A stretch of DNA of 64,000 bases from contig OZ234493.1 in NCBI GenBank assembly GCA_965153455.1, positions 30,804,213-30,868,212 of the forward strand, in the 5' to 3' direction. Below, piece after piece: positions 37,581-50,910 of this stretch (position 1 is its first letter; each line of letters starts with the position of its first letter). The notes beneath the pieces are model-generated. The model was not told the DNA's origin, did not search any database, and saw only the letters and a list, made by a program, of their open reading frames with translations. Both the position numbers and the translations under genes were made by a program. This stretch comes from Sphagnum compactum. Its lineage: Eukaryota.

Positions 37581-38974
37581 ATGGATCAAGCTTTGATCTC
37601 TGCCATTGGTGCAACAACACCTCCTCCTTGTTGTTTTTTTTTTTTGGTGTGCTTACAATGAAAGCACTACTGTTATTTTTTGGCCTTTTCTCTTAAAACT
37701 CGATAATGCACTTACATATCACAAGTAGCTGATAACTCTTATTTGGCCCATTTCTTATTTTCATCCATCCATATCTCCATGGATCAACCCAGCTCTCATC
37801 CACCAACATTAAAGAACCACCAACATTAAAGAATAAGTAAGTCGTCGATAAGTCAGTGATACAACACTACGAGTTTTCAAAGGATTCACATATGTAGATG
37901 ATGTTAGCTATCACTAATACTTCTGTGAAATTTTATGTATCAGTAGGTGTTAACATTAAGGAGTTTGCTACATAACATTGAATCTACAACAAATGTAGAT
38001 TTCAATGATCGTGAATTGATGCTACATTAAACCAAGTGCAAGGGCGGCCTTGTCAGTTAATTTTTTGACACGTCGCACAATTCCCAAAACCACATCCTCG
38101 CATCTTTATTCATGCATGAAACTTTGCAAAAACAATAATGAATAGGAGAGAACTTTCCAGATGCAATGCAAAAAAAGAATGCAAGAAATGCTCATGAAAC
38201 ATATGCTTGCAACAAGAATTGTTTGAATTCACAAAAATGACACATTATAACAATGTTCACGATTGATGTAATCCAAGAGTGATGCACGAGCATCATTGTA
38301 CAATTTCAAGATTGAAAAATACTCATGATTCATTTGCAATTCATACACAAAGCTATTGTGATTGATATAGAAAGCATTTGTGATTCATAATGCTAACATG
38401 AACAATGTAAAAACTTTTGGCAACTATGAAAAAGACTACAATTCAAACAAGAATTTAGGAGGAGACAATAGGTTCAAATTTTCAACTATTAATGAAGCTA
38501 CCAAACTTTAATCCAATAGTTGTTTTGAATTTTTATACTAGTTATCTAGATGTTTGAATAGATTTATCAATTATATAATTTGGATGTTTTAGCAATTGTG
38601 GGATTCTAATCTATAAAACAACATAGGGTTTCAATTCAAGTTTGTAAATAAAAGATTTCAATTATGATTATGTTGTAAAGGTCACAAATTTGTTTGAAAT
38701 TTTTAATTATATTTTGGATGCTCTATAAATTGTGAAATTCCAATATGTAAAACAACATGGGGTTTTCAATTCACACAAGTCATCATTCATGAAAACAAAA
38801 ATGGAAAGATTTCGCAAATGAATTTGTTCATTATTGTTGCTTATTTAACAATGTATACAAGGATGTCACAACACAATGACATTGAAATTGGCCTTCCAAA
38901 GAAAAAATGCAAATGGAAAAAAACTAGCAACCTCAAATTTTAACTCCATTATTGAAATCTAATTGAAGAACCCA

Positions 38975-39500
38975 TGCCAATCCAACTAGGAACATGGAGA
39001 AGTTATGGTCTTGATAAAAGGAAAAAGAGAGGAACAACTTGCAACTTGTGATAGGTTAGATGGTCACAACAATTTTGATATTATTGTTGTGAAATGGAAG
39101 AAAGTATCATTTTATTGTGATGAACACAAGTTGTTCGCAACATTTGAGAAATTGTCCAATGTGTAAGGATAAGTGGGGATCGATCTATGGTGATTTCAAA
39201 AAAAATGATTACATGACAAGTATGAAGCACAATGAGGACTCTTGGTCATTAAATCTTCAAAAAATAAGAACTATCCATCTGCCACGTAACTTTGGTCATG
39301 GAGTATACGTGATCAAAAAGTTCATTAGAATTCAACCAATTTTCACACCACCCCATGTCCACAATCTCATGATGGATGATGCCAATGATGTATACAAAAC
39401 GCATGGTAACAACCCTAAAGATGCAATACAATTAAATGATGATTCAAGAACTCAAAAGATAGAAAGGTATGATGACCTAAACAATGACAAGAGCTAGATG
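38975..39500 (+). pseudogene. PIF/Harbinger ORF1-type Myb/SANT (trihelix-like) DNA-binding protein remnant
   Basis: N*EHGEVMVLIKGKREE...VKWKKVS...RNCPMCKDKWGSIYGDFKK, lying next to a Harbinger transposase remnant. Confidence 0.7.
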
Positions 39501-39560
39501 TTCATGCCCATTTTTGAAATTGTTAAAACTCCACTCAAAATTCCATGTCCTTTGAACTAG

Positions 39561-39810
39561 CACACATTGCCACTATTCACTAAGGCCCCACACACACAAC
39601 CATTATTCACCAAATCCCTACACACAATACTAGTGTTCAACAAAGCCACGCACACACTACCACTACTCAAAAATACCCTTTACACACTACCATTGTTCAC
39701 TGAAGCGCTACACACATTGCCATTGTTCAAAAAAGCCTTGCACACCCTACCACTATTAAGAAAAACCTTACACACATTACCACTATTCACTAAATCAACC
39801 ATGCACACCA
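39561..39810. repeat. Degenerate 30-bp tandem repeat, about 8 copies
   Basis: Units like cacacattgccattgttcaaaaaagccttg give the HTLPLFTKAL periodicity in ORF 39567-39842. Confidence 0.85.
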
Positions 39811-40099
39811 TCCTTTTACACAACCAAGACACACCCAATTAAATAAACAAGGGAGCTCATAAAACAACAACTTAACTAATTAGAAGTATAGGAATAAAAA
39901 TAATTTATTATTCAATTCACAAAAGCATGGTGGAAGTTATCAAGAAAGATAGTTGACAATTAATGGAGTCATTAGACCACATTAATGCCACAAATGTAGT
40001 GATTGAGAAGAAGATATGAAATAACCAAAAACCATTTAATGGATAAACAATTGAACTTCATGAAAACACAACTCAATTGTACAATTGTACTAACATTTT

Positions 40100-40875
40100 G
40101 CACATATGCTTCCTATTGTACAATATTTCCAAAATAGCGTGTTGCCCTTCCTCCTTATACAATGTCATGTACAAGACATCAAAGGATACCTTTTGTCCCC
40201 AAACAAGTAAGGAGGAAAATCATTTGAACTTCTAGTGTGTTAAAAAAGACCACGGTTTTGTGCATGTCTATACAATGTTGACCTTGTTAACACCCTAGAT
40301 TCATTGACATTACCAAGAAAACCAACAAACAAGTCAATCAATCGTTTGTTGTAATCAAGCATTGTTCAAGTACAATGATGTTGTAACCACCTAATTTATG
40401 ATAGTATTAATCTTCAAGTAAAGGTCTTAAAGGAGTAACTATGAAAATATGTGTTCCATCGATGACACCATGCATAGAAGGTAGGTCACATTAATTTTGG
40501 ACATCACTTGTTGCACTTCATCTCCATGTGGCCATGAAATCAAATTTTAAAATTTTCTTGATGTGATGACACTTTCATGAAATACAATTAACATTGTACA
40601 ATTGCCCACAACAAAGAGTTCAAAGCAAATGATGAAAGTCACACCTTCTGCCAAGTTGTAAATTGCACATGGCACCTTGATTTCCACAACAATCAATTTC
40701 ATGTATGTTGTATCTTGTTTTGCAATCTAAAACTTTAAACATTTAACAAAGTAAATAATTTATCCTTGTCATCCTGAAGTTTTCAACCCAATGTTCATCA
40801 TTGTGTTCAACCATCAAAAACCTTGAGAACCAAGTGGTGGATTGGGGTTTCACCCAATGGCCCAAGTTTGAAGGC
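40100..40875 (-). pseudogene. PIF/Harbinger (DDE_Tnp_4/HARBI1-like) transposase remnant
   Basis: Minus-strand motifs HWVKPQSTTWFSRF...HWVENFRMTR, LPSMHGVIDGTHIFI, GNVNESRVLTRSTLY and LLGDKRYPL, with stops and frameshifts. Confidence 0.82.
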
Positions 40876-43039
40876 AAACTATATAATGCACTTTCACTTT
40901 AGTTTTCATGCAAATTTACAACAACAAAACAAGATTTATCAATGTTTTCTTTTCCATGGATCAAATTGTCAATTATAATAGGAGACTTCAAATGTTCAAC
41001 AATAATATTTTACAATAGGGTCAAAGCACGATTGGGGTATCCCCTCAAGAACACTAAGAATTCACTCTTAAGGACTCAAATTTACTTTTTTCTTCATTTT
41101 TCCCTATGCCCTACTTAGATTTCCCTTTTTTTTTTCATGTCAAATGAAATAATTTTGTTCCAAATTTTATATAGGCATCTTATATATATATATATATATA
41201 TATAATTTTATTTTTATTTTTATTTTTTTCACTTATGAAAATAAAAATAATTAAATTTATCCGATGTGGGCCATATTCTATCAATGGCCCAAATTTTTTT
41301 TAAACATTCCTTATGAGTCCTTAAACTTTTTTTCTCTAAAAACAAAGTCTTGGATTGTTTTTTTAGGACTTGGTAGGAATCCTAAAACTTGTTCAAATTT
41401 GACATGTTATGCAAAGAATAGTACCTTAGTAATGTATCTATCCATGAAAAAAATCAAACCTTCAATATGAATGTGCCATTAAGTTACAACAACATGTTTT
41501 AAGCGAGGGGTCCATTGGGTACAAAAGGAAACAGTCCTTTTTCGTATCCCAATCGTTTTTTGACTCACTATCTTCAACAAAAATGTAACACAACTAATGA
41601 TAATAATTGTGTCAAGTTGTTTTTCATCCATTGTGAATTTGTAAGAAGAAGAAACTTCAAAATGGACACAATGATGGAACAAGGAAATGAAAAGTAAATG
41701 ACAAGTTTGCATGAAAATTTAGTTTGAAGTCAACACAAAAATGAAAAACAAATGGTGAAGATGCACAAGGGAGAAGGTGCAAAATCGATACAATAATGCA
41801 ATAATGAAAGGAAATTAAATAATGGGAACGTAAGATGTGCAAAGATCACAAGATGCATACTAAAGGATGCAAATGAAAAGAAGAGCTTGTGAAGAAATGT
41901 AGAAAGGAAATGTGTAGAGGTGACATAACAACAAAATTGGCAATGTGGTTTTCATATTGATGATATTTTGACACGTTATGTGAATGTGTTGGTGTGTGCA
42001 ACCCCAAGATAAGTTTTCACACTTCTAATTTGAATACAATTTGAATGTAGCACAACAAAGCTAGCACAATCAGGGTAGAATTGATCATAAAAATGACATA
42101 CACCTTTTTTTCAACTGTTAACCTTAATGTTAACTTACATTAACATTTAACAGTTGATAATAGGTGTGAATCGAACATAAGCGGGATACTTTATGAATTT
42201 CTTTAATGTATTGGAAATCATCAATAACGATTAAGGTATCAATCCAAATTTCACATCTCACATGCTATCATATTTTTTCAACATATAACATTCACATAAC
42301 CTTATTTCTAAAAAGAAATCAATTATATATATATCTTTCACATAACCCACAACCCTATTATTATTTTAAGAGATGCAATTATGCATAGGAAATTTGATTT
42401 TGAATATTTGACCAACATCAAACATGTATTTTCATTGATGCAATATTCTAAACATTCAATTTTTTCAATAGAAATCAAACAAGATCCAATTGTTAAAATG
42501 TGTGTTTATAACTTTAAACCACCCTTCTATCAAGATTGATTTAGCCTCATGCTTAAAGGTTGATTATTAGCCCTTTCTCCCTTTACAACCATCATTTTCG
42601 TCATGATTCAAAAGCTAAACAAACAAAATACCTTTTTGTACCATGTTGGGAAAAAGCAGTTGTAGAAAAAAATGTAATGGATATGATTTGGAGGCATTGA
42701 AGATGCTTCCAATCTTGATGTCATATATATGTAGTCATCTTTCAAATGTGAGGGAGAGATAGAGAGAGATGGCAATGGGTGGCAATGGAGCTTCCACAAG
42801 TGCAAAAGAACTATAGTGGATGAGAGGAGCAAGGGAAGAAAAAAGGCTTTGAAACACGAGGTTCTAATCCAGGAAGCATTGTTATTTTGCAATAGAGCTC
42901 CTTGACCATGGCAATGACAACCGAACTCGCCATCACTAGCGAACTCCTACAATGACAGGAAATTTTTTGTCCCATTTTTTTGGGGGGGGCGGGGTTGCTT
43001 GGGTTTTGCTTCTTAGGGGTTTTTTTTTTTTCTTTGGTC

Positions 43040-45565
43040 AGATGGCTCCCTCTTTGTGTTCCCCATCAGTTCGAGATACCCCTTGTCCTCATTGTTTTGG
43101 TCTTTACACTTTAGGCAACCTCTCAAAACATGTCAAAAATGTTCACCCTCTTGCTAGCCTTGTTCCCCAAGCTAATTAGGTTGTTTTTTCTTTACATGTG
43201 TCCTCCCCTCATGTGTTTCTCCCTAGTTCGATTCTTCTTGTTTCTTAGGGCTGGCTTCGGGCTTAATCTAACTTCATTTTGGGGCTGTTTGAGTCTCATT
43301 TCACGTGCCTTTGTTTGTTTCACAGGATCCCTCGAGCCATCCAGGATGAGGTTAGGCAAGCTTTTCGCTTACCCCTTGACCAAATTGCTTGAAACTCGAC
43401 AGATGAATTAGCATGGTACATATTCCTCCTATTACCACATTGGTGTTTGTGCTATGTGCGAGGTGGTCGTTTAGGTTAATGAGAGGTTTTTACTCGCTTC
43501 AAGAGGTTTTTGGTGGGCGCCTAATCTTCGCTTCAAGAAGAGTTTCCACATGCCTCTTATGCGCCCCATTTTCTTCACTCATGGGAAGACTCTTTGACCA
43601 CTCGTTTTTGCCAATGTCTAATTTTAAGGGAGCTAGTGAGTACAATCGCATTACCAAAACTTTCCAGCCCATGACATCAGCTATTCCTTTGGAGGACATC
43701 GTTGTTACCATGCGCCAGCTGCACCCCCCTCCTTTGGACCTTGTCCCTCCACCTATTTTTTATTATTAGCCTAAGTACACTTTTATCCTAAATAAGATTT
43801 TATTTGCTCAAGCCTTAGCCATTACTCCCCATTTGTCTTCAGGTGAGTTTTCTAGGATGATATATGAGTATCTCTTGGGATGCTTCATACTAGAAAACCC
43901 ATCCTTAGGGTGTTTGGAATTATTCTAGGTTATTGTTGTTGTTGTTGCTTGTGGGGATATCCCTAGGTTGATGGCCCTAATGTTGGGAGGTAACAATTGT
44001 TTGCAATGGCAAAGGACATTGGTGATCTTTGTTTTATTGTTGTGAGCAAGGTGTTTTTTTGACTTATTAGTCGTTCCATTGTCTTACAACTTTGGGCGCT
44101 ATTTCAAAAGCACCTATTCGTCCACTAATTTGGAGTTTCAACCCTTGGAGGCTGTGAGGTCATTCTTTTTGGCATCTGAGCCCTCCTCGACCTACACCCT
44201 GATTGGGCAGTGATGCAAGTCAATGTTGAAAATGCTTTTAATAGCATTTTTTGAACTATTTTTTTAGAAAATTGTGTGATGTCGGGGGGCCTTTGGCGAA
44301 CATCGTCCCTTTTATCAAGTTATTTTATAGCACTCATTCTTTTTTTTACTACCAACATGGGCGACATGTGGAGGGGGTCACCATTATTGAATCATCTTCA
44401 AGCACGAGGCAAGGTGACCCTTTAAAAGGTCTTTTAATTTTTTTGGCCCATTATCGAGCTTTCCTAGAGACCATCGTGTGGGCCCCCAACTGCATCTTTC
44501 TATCCCAAATGGATGATATCCACATCATGAGGCCTTTGAGTGAAATTACCCACTCTTTTGGCCACCTTTCAACCCAATTAGCCTTAATTGGGCTTAGGGT
44601 CAAGGTGTCAAAGTGTAAGCTTTGGAGTCCATCAAGGATCTTTCCAAGCATAGAGATTCCTCAAGGCTGCACCTTGGTCACAGATGGCTTACGCATTTTG
44701 GGTGTGCAAGTGGGCTCTCAGGACTTTGTCACACATTTTTTGGATGAGGCTCTATTTCAAGACGTGGCACATATTGATAATATTTTTCTCCTTGGAGACA
44801 TCGAGGTTGCCTTGGGCATTTTGTCCTCATGTGTGGTTTGTCAAATTTTTTATCTCACATGAATAGTACTTCCTTCTTCTTCCTTCATGTTTCTTTTGGT
44901 GGGTTTCAACAAGAAAGTTATGCAGGTATGTGGGGACATTATGGGTCTAAGATCATGGGAGCCTTTTTAGGGCCCCTTAGTGAGGCGTTAGGTTTAACTA
45001 TTGATATCCTTTGGTGGTATAGGCCTTCTTTTTATGGAGGATTGTGCCCCATTTTTTTTTTAGGGAATTGGGCTCTAGTGGCTCTATATTGTGCTCTAGG
45101 TTTTGTATTTTCGATAGATTCATTTTGGAAGAGTATGTTTCTTTAGGTTGAGAGGGGCCCACACTTGCTTCAGTCTTACTTACGTGTAACGTGAAATGGC
45201 CTTTTTCTTACAACGAGGGATATGCACCTTTCTTTTGAAAATTTGGTAGTTATCTGTGCCTCAGGTCTACATGCATCTTTGATGGACTTCCACCACGACA
45301 CATCCCTGAGGTATATTTTGGAAGATGATTCCATTTCTTTAGCATTTAAAGCTTGCATTCATTTTTGTTCAAACAAGGGGGCATGGTTATGGTTGGTTGC
45401 GAGGCCATTTATTCGTTCCTTTCACATCGCACATTTTACTTTCACCTTAACATTATGTTTTTGTCTTGGTTTGATTCAGCCTTCGGCATCTAATCTTCTC
45501 ACGTGCGATTGTGGGCACATGTTGGACGCATTTAACACGCACTTAGTTTGTTGCCCATTTTGAGG
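43040..45565 (+). mobile_element. Decayed non-LTR retrotransposon, CRE-like (restriction-like endonuclease class), 3'-truncated
   Basis: N-terminal C2H2 finger CPHCFGLYTLGNLSKHVKNVH; AWYIFLLLPHWCL..RGG; RT motifs FGVSTLGGCE, HPDWAVMQVNVENAFN, RQGDPL, DDIH, DGLRILG; C-terminal GAWLWL and CDCGHMLDAFNTHLVCCPF. No APE domain seen. Confidence 0.8.
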
Positions 45566-47360
45566 TTACAGGTGCATGAAATCTTGCCCGTCCACTATGT
45601 TGTTCTGTTGACGTCTTATGGCCTACTAGTTATGACCCGAAACATGGCTCAAGCAGGCGATTACTTTACGTAGTCCATGGTGACTCAAGATGGGAAGTTG
45701 GAGCTTGACTGGGAAGCTTACTGATGTTGAATTGTAGACAAAAGAGGAGAAAAATGTGAGCATGCATCTTATTGGCCACACTAGTGTGACTATAAGTGTT
45801 CTCAACTTGAGAGTTAGTTCAAAGCCAGACACTTTCTGGCAGTCATAATGTTCGGGTGATAAAGTCACAAAAATTTAAGTGCCATTTGCTTCTTAAAGTT
45901 TAAATAATTGTTTACCAATTGACCCCATCCATGAGTTTCCTATTATGTTCATTGATTTAATTTTAGTTTTGTATATAGGAGAAAGGTCTGATTTTAGACC
46001 CTTTCAAAATTTGAAGTGTTGTCACGAGGCTAGAAACCAAATGGAAGGTACTAAAACTTTTGGAGGGGTCTGAAAAATAGACCGTTCTCTTGCATGAAAA
46101 ACTAGCAGGTTTTTTTTTTGAAAACAGGTATCTTACAAAGTTGTAAGATCTAGTGAAAAATTACTCCTGAAAAGCAACCTAAATATACAAAGGAAAAAAA
46201 CTAGTTGATTCTTAATGACTAGTAAATTGCTTCGTAAAGAGTCTACTTATTTGTTTCCTAATTTATCTATTTTTGAAAAATCTATAGGTAGGGTAAACTA
46301 ATTGATTACTGAACATTTAGTGTCTTAGTCATCGAACTTGTGCTCAATATATTTCCTTTGTATCTCAGGTCTAAAGATAAAATGTAGACCATTAGAATGC
46401 ACACACATTAGCCTTGAAATCGTTTAATTTGGTGAAACAATGAAAAATATATTGTGAAAAAAAATTGCTTCAAACACATGATAGCCCATGGGGAGTTCAT
46501 TTGTCACCTATCAGCAAATAGTAATACCTTAACTACTAAACGCTACCTACCTCCATCATTGACATGAATGAAAAATCCACTAGTCAAAATCTTCAAAATT
46601 ATCATTCAACTTTAAACAAAAGATGAAAATTTAATTTTATTTAGAACTTCTAAATTTCCGATGATGAGTGTATGCACTTTGTTCACCAACAAATTTTCAA
46701 ACAATCTTCAAAAATTGTGGGCACCATTCTTTTGTTTGGGCAGACAAATATTCCCAAAACTCCTCCCTCCTCACCATTGCTAATATTTATATTGGCCTAT
46801 ACCTTTTGTCAAAAGTTGGTGAAGTCAATGGGTAAGTTGTGAGAAAATAATCGTAGTCATACAAGGTCTTCTGATGGTCCTTAAACAAGTGAAAGACTAT
46901 CATTGCTTTTCATATTGCTAGTTTGATTGTTCTTTTCACGTTAGTTCTTCAGTGATGTGTATTTTTTTTCTACATTCCTCAAATATTGTTTGAGATTTTT
47001 CTTGGATTTAGGGAAACGATTTTCGTGTGAACCTAGTTTTAGTCTTGGTTACCTTAATCATGTGTATGGAGATTTTTCAATATTCATGAAAGTTTTTCTT
47101 CTAGCAAGGCTAGACAAGCAATGATAATGGATGTTACTCTTTATTAGTCACTTTTAGAATCAGGTCTTTTGCCATTACTTTGTTGACATGTACTTTGAAA
47201 CAAGTCTTATATTCTTCCTTGATGACATGTTAATATACAAGTCTATGAGTGAACTGTATAGGCACATTGACCTTGTGAACATGTTGGTTTTTGATTTAAA
47301 TTTTGAAACATGCAATTGACATTTTGTCTTGTTGGACTTTTAGGTGGCATTAGTTCATTT

Positions 47361-47500
47361 CACTAGAAAAAAAACCCCATTTTTCGACTTGTCTTAGGCG
47401 ACTAAAAGTGTCTTTTGCAAATATTTTTGATAAAAAATAGTCGCAAAAGACACTTTTAGTCGCATAAGATAAGTCGAAAAATGGGGTTTTTCTACTAGTG
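47361..47500. mobile_element. 140-bp CACTA foldback mini-element
   Basis: CACTAG...CTAGTG ends, TTT/TTT 3-bp TSD, and arms of about 65 bp that are near-perfect reverse complements. Confidence 0.9.
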
Positions 47501-50338
47501 TTTCTTTGGAGTCAAACCCATTTTTCATGTTTCCTTTAGACATATTGGTAAAATATTTGTGTGTCTAACATTATAGGTCACATATTCTTGCCTTTGTCCA
47601 TTTGCAAGGCGTACTAGAAGCTACTAAGGTGGTTGTCCTTATAGTTCATTCTTTTACACCAACACTTGGAACTACAACCACAACTGCCTTTGATTTAATT
47701 TTTTTTTTTTGAGACCTCTAATGGGTGCAAATGAGCTCAAACGAGCCAAAATTGATGTTAAAATGTCAACATTTTTGCAGTTCTTGTTACATTTGTCTAT
47801 GTGGTGCCACTTTAATAGCATGTGAATTTTGGAAAGTTGTGTTTATTGAATAATATGGATATTGAAAAAACTAAAATGAATCAAAGTAAATTTCAATATT
47901 AAAGTTTGGTTTGACTAAATGATGTTTAATAGCTTCGTTCAATAACACTATTTTCATAAAGAGCCCCTTAATTTTCATAATACAATTTATTTCATCCTCA
48001 AATTTTTTTAATAGTAATAGGGTACTATTAAACACATCTAAAAAAATTCAATTTTTCATTTTTTATTTATTTTGTGTTTATCAAAAATAAAGTTTAAAAA
48101 AATTTCATGAGTCCTTTTCGACATGTAAATGTGATGCAATGTATATGTTGTTTTAAAAAAATAATAGTTTATAATATTAAAAATTAAACTTGAAGTGTTA
48201 ACATGTTTTGGTATGATTTGAAATTATGACAAGTTTTCAAGAGGAAACACAAAACTTAGCAAAATTTGTGCATTTTCAAAAATTCATATTTCTCCAAATT
48301 TGATTATAAAAAAACATATGACATGTTGGGGCAACTATAAACACATTGTATAAAAAGTTTCAAAACATATCATTTGAAATTTTCTCTTTAAAAAAACATA
48401 TTTTTTGAAAAAAGGACCCCAAAAAGGACAATAGTCCTAAATGTAAAGTAAACACATTGGCTCTTTATATGTTATTTGGACCCTAACACTCTAAATTGTT
48501 GTGTTGTAAAAATTGGGTTGTTGTTAAACAATTTTTGGACATGTGAGTAGTTCATGTGTTGTCGCAAGGTTTTCTTCATACACAAAGTCTATTTGTTACC
48601 CTGAACTACATGTCCTTATAAATCACATATGTATGTTCGGAGTATTCCATGTGACTATTGGTATGATCCATGGGCATCATCATTCATCCTAATTGGGTGT
48701 GATAGTTTTTGCAATTTCATGCTTGAACACATCCTAGAGGAAATGAAATGTTGGTGTTTCCCCTTCTACTTGCTTTACATTGATTTTCAACATTGATTTC
48801 TGTAGAATTTCTTTCAAACCTGTTTTTTGTTCAAATAGTTTCAAACTTGACCTATTTTCCTTTACTTTCAATAATAGATTTGTAGTTTACATCACTACAC
48901 ACTAGAACCCAAGAACTTTGAGTTGCAATTGTTCTTCTATTCTAGTTTTGAGAGATGCAAAGACTGAACTAATGTTTTGATTTCAACTTATGTGTAAGCT
49001 TGATTTTGCATTGAGGCTTTTTGGAGGGAATTGGAAATGCTTTAGCATAGGAGGAATCTAGAATAGAGTTTCCTTTGGAAAAGGAATCAACAAAGTCTTT
49101 TGGAATACTCAAGGATTTGATGTCTTGTTGATTTTTGGGCATAATGCTTTTGTTAATTAAGTTATATTTATGAGCAGTTGCATGCCTTTCAATTTGATAG
49201 ACAATTCCCATAATCAAATGTTTTCTTTGCAAAGTCTGTTATTGCTTTTGTGAAACCAACCGTAATCCAACCATTGGCTTTTAAACACCTTATGTTTTGC
49301 CCATAATTTATTTTGAAAAACACTTATAAACAAACACTCCATACTTGACAATAATATTAACTATTGCTTTATTTTCAATTTAGTGCTTGAGGTTGTGTTA
49401 TTATTTTCCCATGATCAAACTGATCATATACATAATGATGTTCATTTTCTTGCAAATACCAACCACTCCTTCCCTCCAAAACCACACACCAAATCAATAT
49501 TCCATGTGAATAATTAAAAATAATTGAACAATTTTTTTTAATATCTAATGTTCAATCATAGGAACATTTTAAAATGATAGTAGCTTCGCCCACAGCCATT
49601 CATGGACATCGAGCTGACTTGATGGGGTGTTCAGTTACCAAGTTTTGTTTGGTTGGGGGCATGTTTACTCTATCACTCAGAGAAAAAGAAATTTCAGAAT
49701 CAAGTAAAGTCCCAACCAAAATGTAGGCCAGGTAATCTTAAATCACCCAAAAATTCTAATAAGTTTTTTTCAATCCTCAAAAATCAAAAGGAGCATGAGG
49801 ACGATTTGGAGGTGTGAGTGAGTACAACAGAATTCATTTGTATGTTTAGCATGAGTTGGTGGTGAATCGAACCCATGACCTTGTATCACGGTTCTTGCAA
49901 ATGATCATGAAATTTACAATTATTAAGCTAAGTGGGTAAAATAAGTAGAAGAAAGGGTGGCATATCTAGATGTGATGAAGATGGTGATCTAAATTTTGGA
50001 GGCAATTCCAGTAAGACATCCCAACCTATAATTGTAGTGGAACAAGGAGTAGAAAGTGGAAACCTGTTTCCAAACCAATCATACAACCAAGTATTCTCAT
50101 TCACCACAAAAGAAAAGTCACTGCTACCCATCATCTATTTGAGTAGGTTAAGGTTTACTTTAATACTTGTTTTGGTAAAATGCATACTCAACAGCAGCCC
50201 TATATCCCAATATACCAGATCCAGTGTGCATCGTTTAGTTTCTCTCTCTCATCCCCACCCATGAACCTGAAAAATGGATGCTACAAAGTACGAAAGTATT
50301 TAGCTATGAGATCTACGATAATCATTATCGTTGGTCAA

Positions 50339-50495
50339 CACTACTACAAAATGTGGGTGCAGTTCACTAGTTCCCATTCACTAGACCAATGAATTCACCA
50401 CTTCTTTACTAGTCCCTGTTCACTACAACAACTAATGAATTCACTCAAAATCCAATGAAATCACTTGACGTACAAGGACACCTTTTGTTGTAGTG
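50339..50495. mobile_element. 157-bp CACTA mini-element
   Basis: TIR CACTACTACAAAA ... TTTTGTTGTAGTG, with a CAA/CAA 3-bp TSD (50336-50338, 50496-50498). Confidence 0.9.
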
Positions 50496-50562
50496 CAATG
50501 AGTCATTTATTGCTGAAAAACAGTCATTTCCTCCTACTGGCGGTCTAGGTGGTCCCTGGTAA

Positions 50563-50910
50563 GAGCATCTCCACAAACGCTCAGTATTTCATCTTGCATT
50601 GGAATCCTTGGATGAGGTCCAACAGTCCAATCCAGTGTGAATCCAATGGAAGACTAGCGGGACCCTGACAAAATCTACATCTTTCAGAGCCATGGAGTGT
50701 AATGAACACAGGCAAATCGTATTTGTGGACTGGTCCCTGTTTCTGATTGGGTAAATAGCTTGATTGGTCCAAGTGGGTTGCTATTAGTAGTCTTCCACTT
50801 ACTTGGACTCCCAGTTTTATGGGTGTGGTTCGGAAAAAAGTTAGTAAATAAAACTTGAATGTGAGAAATATTTGGGCCGGGTCACATACTGAGCGTTGGT
50901 GGAGATGCTC
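50563..50910. mobile_element. Tourist-like (PIF/Harbinger) MITE, 348 bp, a different subfamily from the 6709 copy
   Basis: 25-bp TIR GAGCATCTCCAC(A/C)AACGCTCAGTAT with one mismatch, and a TAA/TAA TSD. Confidence 0.92.

Noticed and set aside
39567..39842. 91-aa HTLPLF-repeat protein (LRR-like periodicity)
   Set aside because: It is explained by the 30-bp DNA tandem repeat inside a TE relic, and has no independent gene structure.
46800..49400. Fragmentary minus-strand ORFs (e.g. 48969-49232)
   Set aside because: Possibly very old TE coding debris, but I could not identify a diagnostic motif.
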